This document shows, one piece after another, positions 10,072 through 20,198 of a stretch of 64,000 nt of DNA. Origin of the DNA: Bradymonadia bacterium (GTDB lineage Bacteria; Myxococcota_A; Bradymonadia; UBA7976; UBA1532); NCBI GenBank assembly GCA_046290225.1, contig JBKAGE010000038.1, positions 265,491 through 329,490 on the forward strand, given 5' to 3'. The translations under genes and the position numbers were made by a program. Below the pieces are notes generated by a model. It ran no database searches. It was not told the DNA's origin and worked only from the letters and a program-made list of their open reading frames with translations. How positions within the stretch are numbered: the first letter of the stretch is position 1; each line of letters begins with the position of its first letter.

Positions 10072-10533
10072 TCAGGCAAGCTCCCCAGAGACATAGGTTT
10101 CGAAGACCACCAGATCCACAGAGGCCTGCTCACCCACTGCGGTCATCACCTCTTTGACTGAGAGCCACGACAACCCACCGAGCCCTGCGCCGATCCGCGG
10201 CAACCCAATGCGCTTGACCCCGCGCCGCTCTGCACCTCTCACCATCTGCTCCAGGGCCTGCTCCACGGCCCACAGTTCGGCTTTGGACCGCCAATGGGCC
10301 TGGGTGCCCAGATTGAAGATCGTCTCGCACGCAGTGGGCCACTCGAAGACATCACCGAGGGTGAATGTACCCTCGAGGCACCTCTGCCGATATGCGCGGT
10401 ACATGGCCGGATAGCGCCGCTTGAAGGGCACAGCGATGCCCTTGCCCATTGATCCCGCGCAATTGCATCCATGGGCGAGGCCGTCGAGGCCATCGAAGTG
10501 AAACAGGTCTCCGGAGATGTACTGAACCGACAT
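10072..10533 (-). CDS. Macro domain protein (DarG/TARG1/Poa1p-like)
   Basis: GDLF, HGCNCAGSMGKGIA..FK.RYP, LPRIGAGLGGLSW motifs. Confidence 0.88.
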   Translation of the reverse strand: MSVQYISGDLFHFDGLDGLAHGCNCAGSMGKGIAVPFKRRYPAMYRAYRQRCLEGTFTLGDVFEWPTACETIFNLGTQAHWRSKAELWAVEQALEQMVRGAERRGVKRIGLPRIGAGLGGLSWLSVKEVMTAVGEQASVDLVVFETYVSGELA

Positions 10534-10685
10534 GGGGAACCTCTGAACGTTTGGTCAGAGCACCATAGCGAGGCCCCACCTTAACGTAAACAGAACACGA
10601 ACCAATTCTCTCGTCGCCCCGACCTTGATCCACGGCGGTGGATGTCGCACACTTCCCCATTCTCTTCTGCCCCTGGGAGTCCGAG

Positions 10686-11882
10686 ATGGTGCCCACCCGC
10701 ATGCTCCGAGCGCCCATCATGCTGTATCTGGCCTGCGTCGGGGCGCTGTCCGCCTGCGCAGATAGCCTCCCCTCGGAGGCGCCAGCCCCTGAAGAGAGCG
10801 CCAACGCAGGTGAGGGTGCCTACCTCGGCCACGATGTCAGCGCCGACTTTGAAGAGTTCGCCGCAGACGGCAAGGCCGACGCGCTCCCAAAGCGGTTCGA
10901 TCAGGCGTGGCTGATGTCCGACGCCTTCTTCACCCAAGCAGACGCGATCACGGCAGACGATCTGCAGGCCTTCCTCGAGGCCACCCCTTACGACAAACGA
11001 TCCTGGCTCGCTGACGAGATGGTCGGCGACTTACGGGCCGCCGACGCCATTGTCGCCGCTGGCCAGCATCAGGGCATCAACCCCGTGGTGCTCCTCGCCC
11101 GCATGCAGGTGGAGATGGGGGCCATCAGCAAGAGCGATCGCCCCAGCCGCCGCGCTGTTGACTTCGCCTTCGGCTGTGGCTGCCCCGACAACCGCCAGTG
11201 CATCGAGAGCTTTCGAGGCCTCGACAAGCAGATGGAGTGTGCAGCCGAGGTCATGCGAGAGCACTTCGACGGCTCTGTCGCCGGCACGGGCCAGTGGCGA
11301 GTGGGCAAATCGAAGCGCACCCTCGACCGCATCTCGGTGGCGCCTCAAAACCACGCCACGGCCGCCCTCTACAGCTACACCCCCTGGGTGCTCCGAGGCC
11401 GCGGTGGCAACTGGCTGGTCTGGAACGTCACCCGTAAGTTCGAGCAGTTCTTCCGAGACAAGGGCGCGTTGAGCGTACCCGAGGGCTGCCTCGGGGCCGC
11501 TTCGAGCGGTCTGCCCCCCTTCGTCGGCGCCCCCTGCAGCTGTGAATCGGACTGCGGCTTCGTGGCTCAGGGTCAGAGCGGCTGGTGCCACCCTGCGGGC
11601 TTTTGCACCATCGGCTGCGAGGGCACCTGCCCGGATCGCAGTGGTTACGCCTCAACTTTCTGCATCTCCAGCAGCAACGGCGCCCTCGGCGGCATCTGCG
11701 CCTCCCAGGCCAGCGACGTCAACGGCGACTGCGCCGATCTCCCTGGCACCCTCGATCGCCCTCGCGAGCGCTATGTCGGCAGCAGCGGCGCCTCACCGCG
11801 CAGCGCTGTGGTGTGTGTGCCTGCAGAGGACGCCTTCGAGGATGGCTCCGACAGCAATGGCTCTGGCAGCGATCACGAGTGA
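10686..11882 (+). CDS. Lipoprotein with possible lysozyme-like domain and Cys-rich C-terminus
   Basis: Lipobox ALSAC; GKAD motif; INPVVLLARMQVE...FGCGCPD...ATAALYSYTP segment. Start uncertain (10686-10719). Confidence 0.6.
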   Translation: MVPTRMLRAPIMLYLACVGALSACADSLPSEAPAPEESANAGEGAYLGHDVSADFEEFAADGKADALPKRFDQAWLMSDAFFTQADAITADDLQAFLEATPYDKRSWLADEMVGDLRAADAIVAAGQHQGINPVVLLARMQVEMGAISKSDRPSRRAVDFAFGCGCPDNRQCIESFRGLDKQMECAAEVMREHFDGSVAGTGQWRVGKSKRTLDRISVAPQNHATAALYSYTPWVLRGRGGNWLVWNVTRKFEQFFRDKGALSVPEGCLGAASSGLPPFVGAPCSCESDCGFVAQGQSGWCHPAGFCTIGCEGTCPDRSGYASTFCISSSNGALGGICASQASDVNGDCADLPGTLDRPRERYVGSSGASPRSAVVCVPAEDAFEDGSDSNGSGSDHE

Positions 11883-11894
11883 GGGAGTGAGCAG

Positions 11895-12923
11895 GTGACC
11901 GGACCGGGGGGGCCTCGCCTCAAGAGCGTCGAGTTTCGCCGGGAGCGAGAGGCCGCCTGGCAAGATCTCGAGTTCCTCGTCGATCGCATCGAAAAAAGCG
12001 GTACACAGAAGCTCAGCGCCTCTGAGCTTACCCGACTGCCCATGCTTTACCGCAGCGCGCTCTCTTCTTTGAGCGTGGCCCGGGCCATCAGCCTCGATCA
12101 GAACCTCGTGCGGTACCTCGAGGCTCTCACCGCGCGGGCCTACTTCTGCGTCTACGGTGCCCGTCGCCACTTCCGCGAGGTCATGGCCGAGTACTTCGGC
12201 CGCACCCTCCCCGAGGCCATGCGGGCCCATCGATGGCACCTCCTCCTGGCTTTTGCTTTCTTCATGCTCGGCGGCATCGCCGCCTTCATGATGACCCTCG
12301 CGGATCCAGATCTGTTCCACAGCTTCGTGAGCCCCGGCATGGCCGGTGGTCGAGGGCCTGAGGCCTCGACGGAGACACTGCGGGCGGTGCTCTACAACTC
12401 GGACAGCACTGGCTCTGACGAGCTCACAGCCTTCGCCTCGTTCTTGTTCAATAACAACGCCCGCATCGGCATCATGTGCTTCGCACTGGGCTTTGTCGGC
12501 GGGCTGCCGGTCTTCTACTTGTTGTTCACCAACGGCCTAGTGCTCGGCGCCTTCGCCGCCCTCTATCACAGCCGCGGGCTGTCGGTGGATCTGTGGGGCT
12601 GGCTCCTGCCCCACGGTGTCACCGAGCTGGGTGCCATCTTTGTGTGTGGTGCAGCAGGGCTGGCCATCGGCCAGGCGGTGATCTTCCCCGGCCGATACAG
12701 CCGCCTGAACAACCTGCGCCTCAAAGGGCCTCCTGCCGGCACGCTGGTGGTGGGCGCGGTGATCATGCTGTTCATCGCTGCCCTCATCGAGGGGCTGTTC
12801 CGGCAGCTGGTGGACGACATCGTCGTGCGATACAGCGTGGCCACCTTCACCACGGTCTTCTGGCTCTGGTACTTCGGCACCGTCGGCCGGCCCCGTGGCT
12901 TGCGTGAGGGTGCCCGAGCATGA
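11895..12923 (+). CDS. SpoIIM-family integral membrane protein
   Basis: N-terminal [31 protein letters not shown] motifs; multiple TM segments. Confidence 0.9.
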   Translation: MTGPGGPRLKSVEFRREREAAWQDLEFLVDRIEKSGTQKLSASELTRLPMLYRSALSSLSVARAISLDQNLVRYLEALTARAYFCVYGARRHFREVMAEYFGRTLPEAMRAHRWHLLLAFAFFMLGGIAAFMMTLADPDLFHSFVSPGMAGGRGPEASTETLRAVLYNSDSTGSDELTAFASFLFNNNARIGIMCFALGFVGGLPVFYLLFTNGLVLGAFAALYHSRGLSVDLWGWLLPHGVTELGAIFVCGAAGLAIGQAVIFPGRYSRLNNLRLKGPPAGTLVVGAVIMLFIAALIEGLFRQLVDDIVVRYSVATFTTVFWLWYFGTVGRPRGLREGARA

Positions 12924-13849
12924 ACGAGAACCCGAACGCTGATCCGAACGCCCCTCACCGGGCCATCGTCACGCCCGAAGGCATCCCGCTCTTCTTCAGC
13001 ATCGCTCAGAGCGGTGATCGCCTCGGCGCCTTCCTGCTCGACCTGACCGTGCTCTATGGCTCGGTGATCCTGTTCGCGCTCCTCACCATCGCCGCCCTCG
13101 ACGAAGACGGTGGGTGGTTCCTGGCGTTCTTCTTGTTCGTCAGCTTCATCATCCGCAACGGCTACTTCATCTTCTTCGAGCTGCGTTGGAGAGGCAGCAC
13201 GCCGGGCAAGCGAAAGCTGGGACTGCAGGTGGTCGACGCCCGAGGTGGGCCCCTCAAACCCCACTCGGTCATCGTCCGCAACCTCACCCGTGATCTCGAG
13301 GTGTTCCTGCCCCTGCAGTTGCTGCTGGCCCCCGACGCGGTCTGGCCCGGGGCGCCGCGCTGGGCCGCCCTCGCCTCGACGCTCTGGCTCCTGGTCTTTG
13401 CCTTGTTGCCTGCCTTCAACAAAGAGCGGCTCCGCGTGGGCGATCTGCTCGCAGGCACTCGGGTGGTGGTCTCGCCGAAGGCCATGCTCCTTGAAGACAT
13501 CGGGGATCAACGAGGTGGCTGGATCAAAGGCCCGGGGCACACCTTCACCGCAGAGCATCTCAGTCACTATGGCGAGTACGAGCTGAGCGTGCTGGAGCAG
13601 GTGATCCGCCAGGGCGTGGATGTCGATCCGCTCACCGTGGAAGAGGTCCGACGCAAAATCTGTAAACGCATTGGCTGGAAGACCCCGGTGAAGGACTCCA
13701 TGGGCTTCCTCCGTGATTTCTATGCCGCTCAGCGGGCTCAGCTCGAGCGCGGCATGCTCTTCGGTGAGCGCCTCGCCGACAAGACCGCCGCCCGGCAACG
13801 AGCCCGTACCAAGAAAGGTCCACCGGGCTCGGGGCGCTCTGGGAGTTGA
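12920..13849 (+). CDS. RDD-family membrane protein
   Basis: [43 protein letters not shown] overlap with the upstream gene. Confidence 0.92.
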   Translation: MNENPNADPNAPHRAIVTPEGIPLFFSIAQSGDRLGAFLLDLTVLYGSVILFALLTIAALDEDGGWFLAFFLFVSFIIRNGYFIFFELRWRGSTPGKRKLGLQVVDARGGPLKPHSVIVRNLTRDLEVFLPLQLLLAPDAVWPGAPRWAALASTLWLLVFALLPAFNKERLRVGDLLAGTRVVVSPKAMLLEDIGDQRGGWIKGPGHTFTAEHLSHYGEYELSVLEQVIRQGVDVDPLTVEEVRRKICKRIGWKTPVKDSMGFLRDFYAAQRAQLERGMLFGERLADKTAARQRARTKKGPPGSGRSGS

Positions 13850-13852
13850 ACC

Positions 13853-15490
13853 ATGAACGATCGATCGAGGCGACTGGCCTCGATGCTGGCCACAGCCACG
13901 CTGAGCGCCGGGGCAATGAGTGCCGGCTCTCCGGCAGAGGCCTCTCCGACGGCCCGTGCGGCGGGGGCCCTCTCGGCCCCTGCTGACGAGGGTGGCGCCG
14001 GCCACCTGCACGTGGCCCTGGACACCTGGCACGACAGCCTGAGCACCTTCGACCTCAACGGCGACGGCGACACATATGCTTTTGGGCAGGTGGGGGCACT
14101 CCGCCTTCGACTCGGCGGCGACGTCGAGCTGGGCAAGGGGCTGACGTTCCACGGAGAGCTCGATGCCTATGCAGGCCGTACCTATGGTGATCCCACTGAG
14201 CTGGGCACCGATCGGGTAGAAGCCCCTTTCCGTGACGCGGTGCGGTTTCAGCGATTGCCCATTCTGCCCCGGCGCTTCTCGCTCTCCTGGGCCAGCCCGG
14301 TGGGGGTGGTGGAGTTGGGTCACACGACGAGCCACTGGGGCTTGGGTCTTTTGGCCAACAGCGGTCAACGAGACGGCCGCCTCTTCGCTGATCCGCAGCG
14401 CGGCAACCTCGTGGAGCGGCTCTCTTTTGCCACGGCGCCCCTCATCGGCCTCAGCGACGATCCGAACAGCTATGCTCAGAGGCTCACCATGGCCGTCGCA
14501 GGGGATCTGGTCTTCGCCGACGCTCAGGCAGAGCTGCTCGACGAAGATCTCAACCACAAGGACACGGCCTGGCAGGGCATCTTCGCTCTGTTTCTCAGGC
14601 CACCCTCCGAGCAGGGCGAGCGCCCTCGTCATGCGCTGAGTGGTGGCGGGTACGTCGTCTACCGCGACCAGGAGTACGCCGACGGCGACACCCTGCAGGC
14701 GCTGATCTTCGACGGCCATGTGCGCTATGTGCAGCGCCTCGGCGCGTCGAGCCAGCTGCGCTACGAGCTGGAGACCGCCTGGATTCAGGGCGAGACCAAC
14801 CGCCTCGTCACCGAGCTGGGCACCGAAGGCGTCGACGTGGAGTCTTCGGGCACGGCCTTCGAGCTGGCCTGGTCTTCGATGGTCTCTGGCCTGCCCTTCG
14901 AGCTTGTGGGCCTCGCAGGCACCGCCAGTGGTGATGGTGATCCCGACGACGGCGTGCTCAACCGCTTTACGTTCCATGCTGACTATGATGCGGGGATGAT
15001 CTTGTTCGCCCACGTGATCCCGGCGTTACAGCGTCAGGCGGTCTCCGAGGTGGACGACCCCCTCCGCACGGCAGAGCCCCCCGAGGGTCTGGAGTCCCTC
15101 CCCGGCTGGGGCGGCATCTCGGGTGCGAGCTATGGTGGCCTGCGACTGGTGGTAGGTCCCTGGCGCGATCTTGAGCTGGGCCTGCAGTACATCGCCGCCA
15201 CCACCACGGCCCCCCTCACTGATCCGTATGCGAGCTTCTCTGCTGGCGGCTCACCGACCAACCCTTTCGGGGGCAATGGCTCTGGCAGTCTGGGTCAGGA
15301 GTTCAACGTGGCCGCACGTTATGCCTTCGAGCTGCCCGTGCTCGATGGACTCGCCGGGCAGTTTCGGCTGACCTACGGCGCCTTCCTCCCTGGCGAGGTC
15401 CTCGAAGGTCCCGAGGGCAAGATGGGCACCGTGCACCTCGCTCAGGCGGCCCTGTCCTTCGATTGTGACTGCGTCGGAGGTGATCGATGA
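13853..15490 (+). CDS. Secreted protein, probable outer-membrane beta-barrel
   Basis: Signal peptide; alternating beta-strand pattern; G....HWGLGLLAN motif; ASGDGDPDD loop. Confidence 0.55.
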   Translation: MNDRSRRLASMLATATLSAGAMSAGSPAEASPTARAAGALSAPADEGGAGHLHVALDTWHDSLSTFDLNGDGDTYAFGQVGALRLRLGGDVELGKGLTFHGELDAYAGRTYGDPTELGTDRVEAPFRDAVRFQRLPILPRRFSLSWASPVGVVELGHTTSHWGLGLLANSGQRDGRLFADPQRGNLVERLSFATAPLIGLSDDPNSYAQRLTMAVAGDLVFADAQAELLDEDLNHKDTAWQGIFALFLRPPSEQGERPRHALSGGGYVVYRDQEYADGDTLQALIFDGHVRYVQRLGASSQLRYELETAWIQGETNRLVTELGTEGVDVESSGTAFELAWSSMVSGLPFELVGLAGTASGDGDPDDGVLNRFTFHADYDAGMILFAHVIPALQRQAVSEVDDPLRTAEPPEGLESLPGWGGISGASYGGLRLVVGPWRDLELGLQYIAATTTAPLTDPYASFSAGGSPTNPFGGNGSGSLGQEFNVAARYAFELPVLDGLAGQFRLTYGAFLPGEVLEGPEGKMGTVHLAQAALSFDCDCVGGDR

Positions 15491-18400
15491 ACCGCACCGC
15501 ACGACACGGCGCCCTCGCCCTGGCTCTGATCTGCGCCACGGCCTGCACCGAGACCTTCGACAACCGCCCCGAAGGGCTGCGCCTCACCTCCTCTGGTGGC
15601 GGCCCGAAGGTGATCTTCGATCCCGAGGCCCGGCCTCTGCCTGAGATCCCTTTTCCCAATGACGTGGCCACCCGCATCGATCCCACGAGCCCCACGGGGC
15701 GCCGGGTGAACTTCCCGATCCTCGGGGAGACGCTCCGAGAGTCGGCCCTGCGGGAGAAAGCCAACAAGCTCGACGGCTTTGGCCTCTTCGCCCCCATCAC
15801 GGTGCAGTTTGACGCCCCCATCGACGTGGTCGATTTGCAGGCCCGGCACAACAACCACGATCTCATCGACGACGCCATCTACCTGGTGAACGTCGACCCT
15901 GACAGCCCGGGCTTCGGGGAGCGCGTGCAGCTCGACATCGGGGCCAACGCGCCCCTGCCCGAGGCGATGCGGATCCACCCCGAGCAGCGCGCCCCCACCG
16001 CAGGCCGGTTCCCTGTGGCCCTCGATCGGCCCAGCCAGTACTTCGATCATGATCCTCGAACTGGATCCTCCACCCTCGTCTTCGAGACCCGATTCGAATT
16101 CGACGAGGACAACGACGGGGTGCTCGACGACGCGGAAGACACGGACGGCGACGGGGTATTCGACCGCCCGAACACCATCGACGGCGAGGCCTACGCACCG
16201 GGCAGCATCGAAGAGGTGGACGCGGTGCTCTCGTTCTACGAGCGGGAGACCAACACCCTCATCATCCGCACGGTGATGCCCCTACGAGAGGCCACCACCT
16301 ACGCCGTGGTGCTGTCGAAGTTCGTCACCGACGAGCAGGGCCGCCCCATCGAGTCCCCCTTCGACTTCATCAACCACACCCGCCAGAGCAAAGCCCTTGA
16401 GCCCCTGCCCGAGGTGCTGCCTCAGTACGGCCTGAACATGCGAGATGTGGCCTTCGCCTGGACCTTCACCACCCAGAGCGCCACCCTCGAGATGCAGATG
16501 ATTCGCCGTGGCCTCTACGCTGATGGCCCCCTCAGCTGGCTGAGCGAGCGCTTCCCCGCTCGCCTCGACGCCCTCTGGAGTTGGACTGATGACGAGGCCC
16601 TCGCAGCCTGTGAGGAGGCGGCCAACGGCAACCCCGATCGCCTCGCCCGCTGCGAGCACCCCTACGGCGTGAAGGTGCTCACCGCGGAGAAGCTCAGGGC
16701 GATCGTGGGCCCGCTGGGATCTCAGCTCGTCGATGATCCCAGCCCCCTCGTCGACGCGTATCGCTATGTGGATTACATGATCGCGGGCACCTTCATCTCC
16801 CCCGACTTCCTCACGGATCGCGACGGCTACGCCGACGAGTTCCACCCCCAAAACGACGATGAGAGCTTCGAGATCGATCTCGCCAAGGGTGACGCCGTCG
16901 TCGGCGACGGCAAGGTGACTTTCTGGTGCACGATCCCCAAGAGCCTCGAGTACACCGATCTCGACGGCACCGTGCGCCGTCATGAGCCCCCCTTCCCCGT
17001 GGTGCTCTACGGCCATGGGTACGGCGGCAGCCGCCTCGAGATGCTGGGCTTCGCCGGGCATCACGCCCGCTTCGGCCTGGCCACCTGCGCCACCGACGCT
17101 GTGGGCCACGGCCTCACGCTGCCTCAAGACCTGCTCGATCTCGCCACCAACCTGCTCCCGAACCTGGTGCAGCGCGACGGGATGGCGGTCGAGCCGGTGG
17201 TGCACAACATCACCGAGGGCCGCCACCGCGATCTCAACAACGACGGCATCCGCGACTCCGGCGGCGATTTCTGGACAGAAGATGTGTTCCACACGCGGGA
17301 CATGGTGCGTCAGAGCGCTGTGGACTGGCTGCAGCTGGTGCGGGTGCTGCGCAGCTTCGACGGCACCCGGGAGAGCGCCGTGGATCGGGACGGCGACGAT
17401 GTGCCCGACGGCCTCGCTGGCGACTTCAATGGCGACGGCGTCGTCGATCTCGGCGGCCCCAGCAACGACTACTTCGCCTGGGGCCAGAGCCTCGGTGGCA
17501 TCATGAGCGTGCTGGCCCCCGCCGTCGAGCCCTCCATGGTGGCCGTGGCCCCCACCGCCGGCGGCGCCGGTCTCATCGACATCGCCGTGCGATCCATCGA
17601 CTCCGCGGTCCCCCGGGTGGTGGTCTTGCGGATGATGGGCCCCATGATCCTCGGCGATCCGATCAACGACGAAGAGGGCAACCCCACGGGCCGCTACCAG
17701 CTCAACTGGCTGGTCCCCAACACCTCGCCCCCGGCGAGCACGCCCAGGGCCCGTCGGATCCCCATCGCCGAGGTGCAGCTGAACCCTGGAGAGATCTTCT
17801 CAGCCCGCAACCTGACCCGAGAGCGCCGAGCAGAGATCCCAGCGCCGGATCGCCACTTCGCCGTGGTGAAGCCCGAGGGCTTCCGCGTGCACTACGCCGC
17901 CGACGCCTGGAGCAGCTCCGACAAGCGCGCTCTGCTCGGCCTGAAGCCTGAAGAGGAAGGCTTCGAGCCGCTCCGCATGACTGAGGCGCAGGTCCTCGAA
18001 TCAGGCGACGAGTTCATCTTCGAGGTCTACTCGCCCACCGAGCTCGATGTGCCCCGCCTCGTGGTGGACGCCTGGGGCGCCGACGCGGAGTGGCAAGGGG
18101 CCATCTACCCCGAGGGCAGCCCCATCGTGGCCACGGGCTCGGGCTATGGCCACGAGCGCCAGAGCTCTGATCTGAGGCGGTTCTTCAACATCGCCCAGGC
18201 CATCCTCGACGCAGGAGATCCAGCGGCCTACGGGGTGCGCTACACCCGTGATCCCATCGACATGTCCGATCTCGAGCCCGACCGGCTCACGGAGACCCGG
18301 GCCCTGGTGGTGTCGACCACGGGTGATCAAAACGTGCCCATCAACACTGGCATTGCCCTGGCCCGGGTGATGGGCATCATCGACACCGAGAAGCCCCGTG

Positions 18401-18852
18401 GCGATCTGTTCGGCCTCACCGAGGACGAGTTCCTCATGGCAGTGGGCGCCTACGAGGGCACAGTGCAGTACCCCCGCTGGTGGGATGACGAGGGCCCGTA
18501 CAACTTCGACGTCGATGATCTCGACAACGGCCGCGACGGTTATGTGAACGACCCCCGGGGGAACTTCAAGCTGCGCCTCACTAAGCCCACACCTCAAGGG
18601 GGCCTCACGGCGCTGCGCATGCCATACATGGGCCGCTCCAACCGCGTGAGCGGCGTCGACGCCCACGGCATCGACGCCTCGACGCCGAGCCGCGACTTCG
18701 ACATCAGCACCTTCATGGCCAACCAGATCAGCTTGTACTTCTTGAAGCGCGGCCAGGGGCTCACCGCCCGACAGCTCGACGCCCCCTGTCTTCAGTTCCT
18801 GGGCAACGATCCCCGTAGCTGCCCGATCGCCCCGCTGTATCCTGAGGACTGA
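15487..18852 (+). CDS. Large lipoprotein with alpha/beta hydrolase (lipase-like) domain
   Basis: Lipobox ICATAC; IPFPND...LDGFG N-terminal region; YGHGYGG; nucleophile elbow GQSLGG; several DxDxDG Ca-binding-like loops. Confidence 0.75.
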   Translation: MNRTARHGALALALICATACTETFDNRPEGLRLTSSGGGPKVIFDPEARPLPEIPFPNDVATRIDPTSPTGRRVNFPILGETLRESALREKANKLDGFGLFAPITVQFDAPIDVVDLQARHNNHDLIDDAIYLVNVDPDSPGFGERVQLDIGANAPLPEAMRIHPEQRAPTAGRFPVALDRPSQYFDHDPRTGSSTLVFETRFEFDEDNDGVLDDAEDTDGDGVFDRPNTIDGEAYAPGSIEEVDAVLSFYERETNTLIIRTVMPLREATTYAVVLSKFVTDEQGRPIESPFDFINHTRQSKALEPLPEVLPQYGLNMRDVAFAWTFTTQSATLEMQMIRRGLYADGPLSWLSERFPARLDALWSWTDDEALAACEEAANGNPDRLARCEHPYGVKVLTAEKLRAIVGPLGSQLVDDPSPLVDAYRYVDYMIAGTFISPDFLTDRDGYADEFHPQNDDESFEIDLAKGDAVVGDGKVTFWCTIPKSLEYTDLDGTVRRHEPPFPVVLYGHGYGGSRLEMLGFAGHHARFGLATCATDAVGHGLTLPQDLLDLATNLLPNLVQRDGMAVEPVVHNITEGRHRDLNNDGIRDSGGDFWTEDVFHTRDMVRQSAVDWLQLVRVLRSFDGTRESAVDRDGDDVPDGLAGDFNGDGVVDLGGPSNDYFAWGQSLGGIMSVLAPAVEPSMVAVAPTAGGAGLIDIAVRSIDSAVPRVVVLRMMGPMILGDPINDEEGNPTGRYQLNWLVPNTSPPASTPRARRIPIAEVQLNPGEIFSARNLTRERRAEIPAPDRHFAVVKPEGFRVHYAADAWSSSDKRALLGLKPEEEGFEPLRMTEAQVLESGDEFIFEVYSPTELDVPRLVVDAWGADAEWQGAIYPEGSPIVATGSGYGHERQSSDLRRFFNIAQAILDAGDPAAYGVRYTRDPIDMSDLEPDRLTETRALVVSTTGDQNVPINTGIALARVMGIIDTEKPRGDLFGLTEDEFLMAVGAYEGTVQYPRWWDDEGPYNFDVDDLDNGRDGYVNDPRGNFKLRLTKPTPQGGLTALRMPYMGRSNRVSGVDAHGIDASTPSRDFDISTFMANQISLYFLKRGQGLTARQLDAPCLQFLGNDPRSCPIAPLYPED

Positions 18853-18896
18853 TTCCAACCCCTCAGTAAAAAACACGGAATACATGGCCCGCCTCG

Positions 18897-19520
18897 ATGG
18901 TGGTCCAGCTCGGCATCAAACCTCAGAAACGCGCCTCCTGGCCCTGTTATCACATCCTGGCGTGGAGGCGGCATGACGTGCCCGCGGCAGTGTTGGTTTT
19001 CACTCCCAGTCAGGCTGTGGCCGATTGGGCTGCGGAGCCGGTCAAGATGGGCTTTGGTCAGACTTACTGCCCGATCGTGGTGGGACCTGACGGCATACCG
19101 CGCATCGAGGCGCCAGATGTGGCCATTCAAGTACCACAGCTTGCATTGCTCTCGGCTCTGGCTCATGGGAACCGAAAACACAGTCGACCAGTGCTCGAAG
19201 CGTGTATCGAGTCGTGGGCGAGCCTCGACGAGGGCCAGGTGACCGACTACCATGATCTATTGTTGATGCAGCTCAATGCAGCAGTTCGAAAGGTGCTCCA
19301 CACCATGCTCAAAGAACGCAAGCGTGCATACCTGTCCGATACGTTCAACGATCTCGTTGACCAAGGCAAAAGGCAGACACTGCTCAAACTGGCACAGCTC
19401 AAGTTCGGCGAATTGACAGCGGAGCAAGAAACACGCGTTCGGCAGGCGGACGGTGAAATGCTCGAACGCTGGACCGAGAGCATCCTCACCGCCGAGACCG
19501 CTGACGACCTCTTCAACTGA
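18897..19520 (+). pseudogene. N-terminally truncated Rpn/YhgA-like protein with DUF4351-like C-terminus
   Basis: Begins at VVQL..K..SWP.Y, a mid-protein motif of this family; in-frame TAA at 18867 leaves no room for the N-terminus; C-terminal KFGEL...LERWTESILTAET; lower GC than flanks. Confidence 0.55.
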
Positions 19521-19526
19521 GCCTGC

Positions 19527-20198
19527 TCACCCGAAGTCTCGAGCCAACCCACGAATTTTGTGCTGCCAGTTGTAGACCACCTGTGTGTTTACCCCGAGGG
19601 CCTTCGCGGCATCTGCCGGTGAGCACCCATCGACGTAGAGCGCTCTCAGAACGAGACGACCACGCTCGGGCAGTTGGGCGTCCAGATGGGCGAAGAGTGC
19701 CTTAGCTTCAGAGCGAGCAGCCACCTGACGCTCTGGATCTACCTGCTCGTCGGCGATTTGGCCCATGACCTCGGGGTTCACCGCCTTCTGGTCCCCTCCG
19801 CGCTTTTGAGCCAGGCGTTTGCGCAAGATGCTCACCACCGTGCGCTCGGTCACCACCCCAACATAGCCCTCAAAGCTGGCCCCACGATCAGGCTCGAAGG
19901 CCATCAGGCGCTTCCCGCTCTCTTCGAGCAAAGCCAGCCAGACCTCCTGGGCATACTCGTCTCTCACGTCAGAGGCTACAGGTCGACGCCAATGACGCCG
20001 TAGGGTGTAACCCACCTGCGCCCGAACCACCGGCAACAGACGGCGGACCAGGCGGCGCATGGCCAGGGTGTTGCCCGAGAGGGCATCCCGCACCAGCGCA
20101 GCGTCGGCTTCGGGGTCTGAGGTTTGGCGTTCGTCGCGGCCTGCAGCCCCCACTGCCGCGGCGAACAACCCCAATATCCAGGAGAAGATGAGGGTCAT
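19527..20198 (-). CDS. ECF-type RNA polymerase sigma-70 factor
   Basis: Region 2-like DEYAQEVWLAL...FEP.RGASFEGY; region 4-like LPERGRLVLRALYVDG.SP.DAAKALG. Confidence 0.88.
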   Translation of the reverse strand: MTLIFSWILGLFAAAVGAAGRDERQTSDPEADAALVRDALSGNTLAMRRLVRRLLPVVRAQVGYTLRRHWRRPVASDVRDEYAQEVWLALLEESGKRLMAFEPDRGASFEGYVGVVTERTVVSILRKRLAQKRGGDQKAVNPEVMGQIADEQVDPERQVAARSEAKALFAHLDAQLPERGRLVLRALYVDGCSPADAAKALGVNTQVVYNWQHKIRGLARDFG

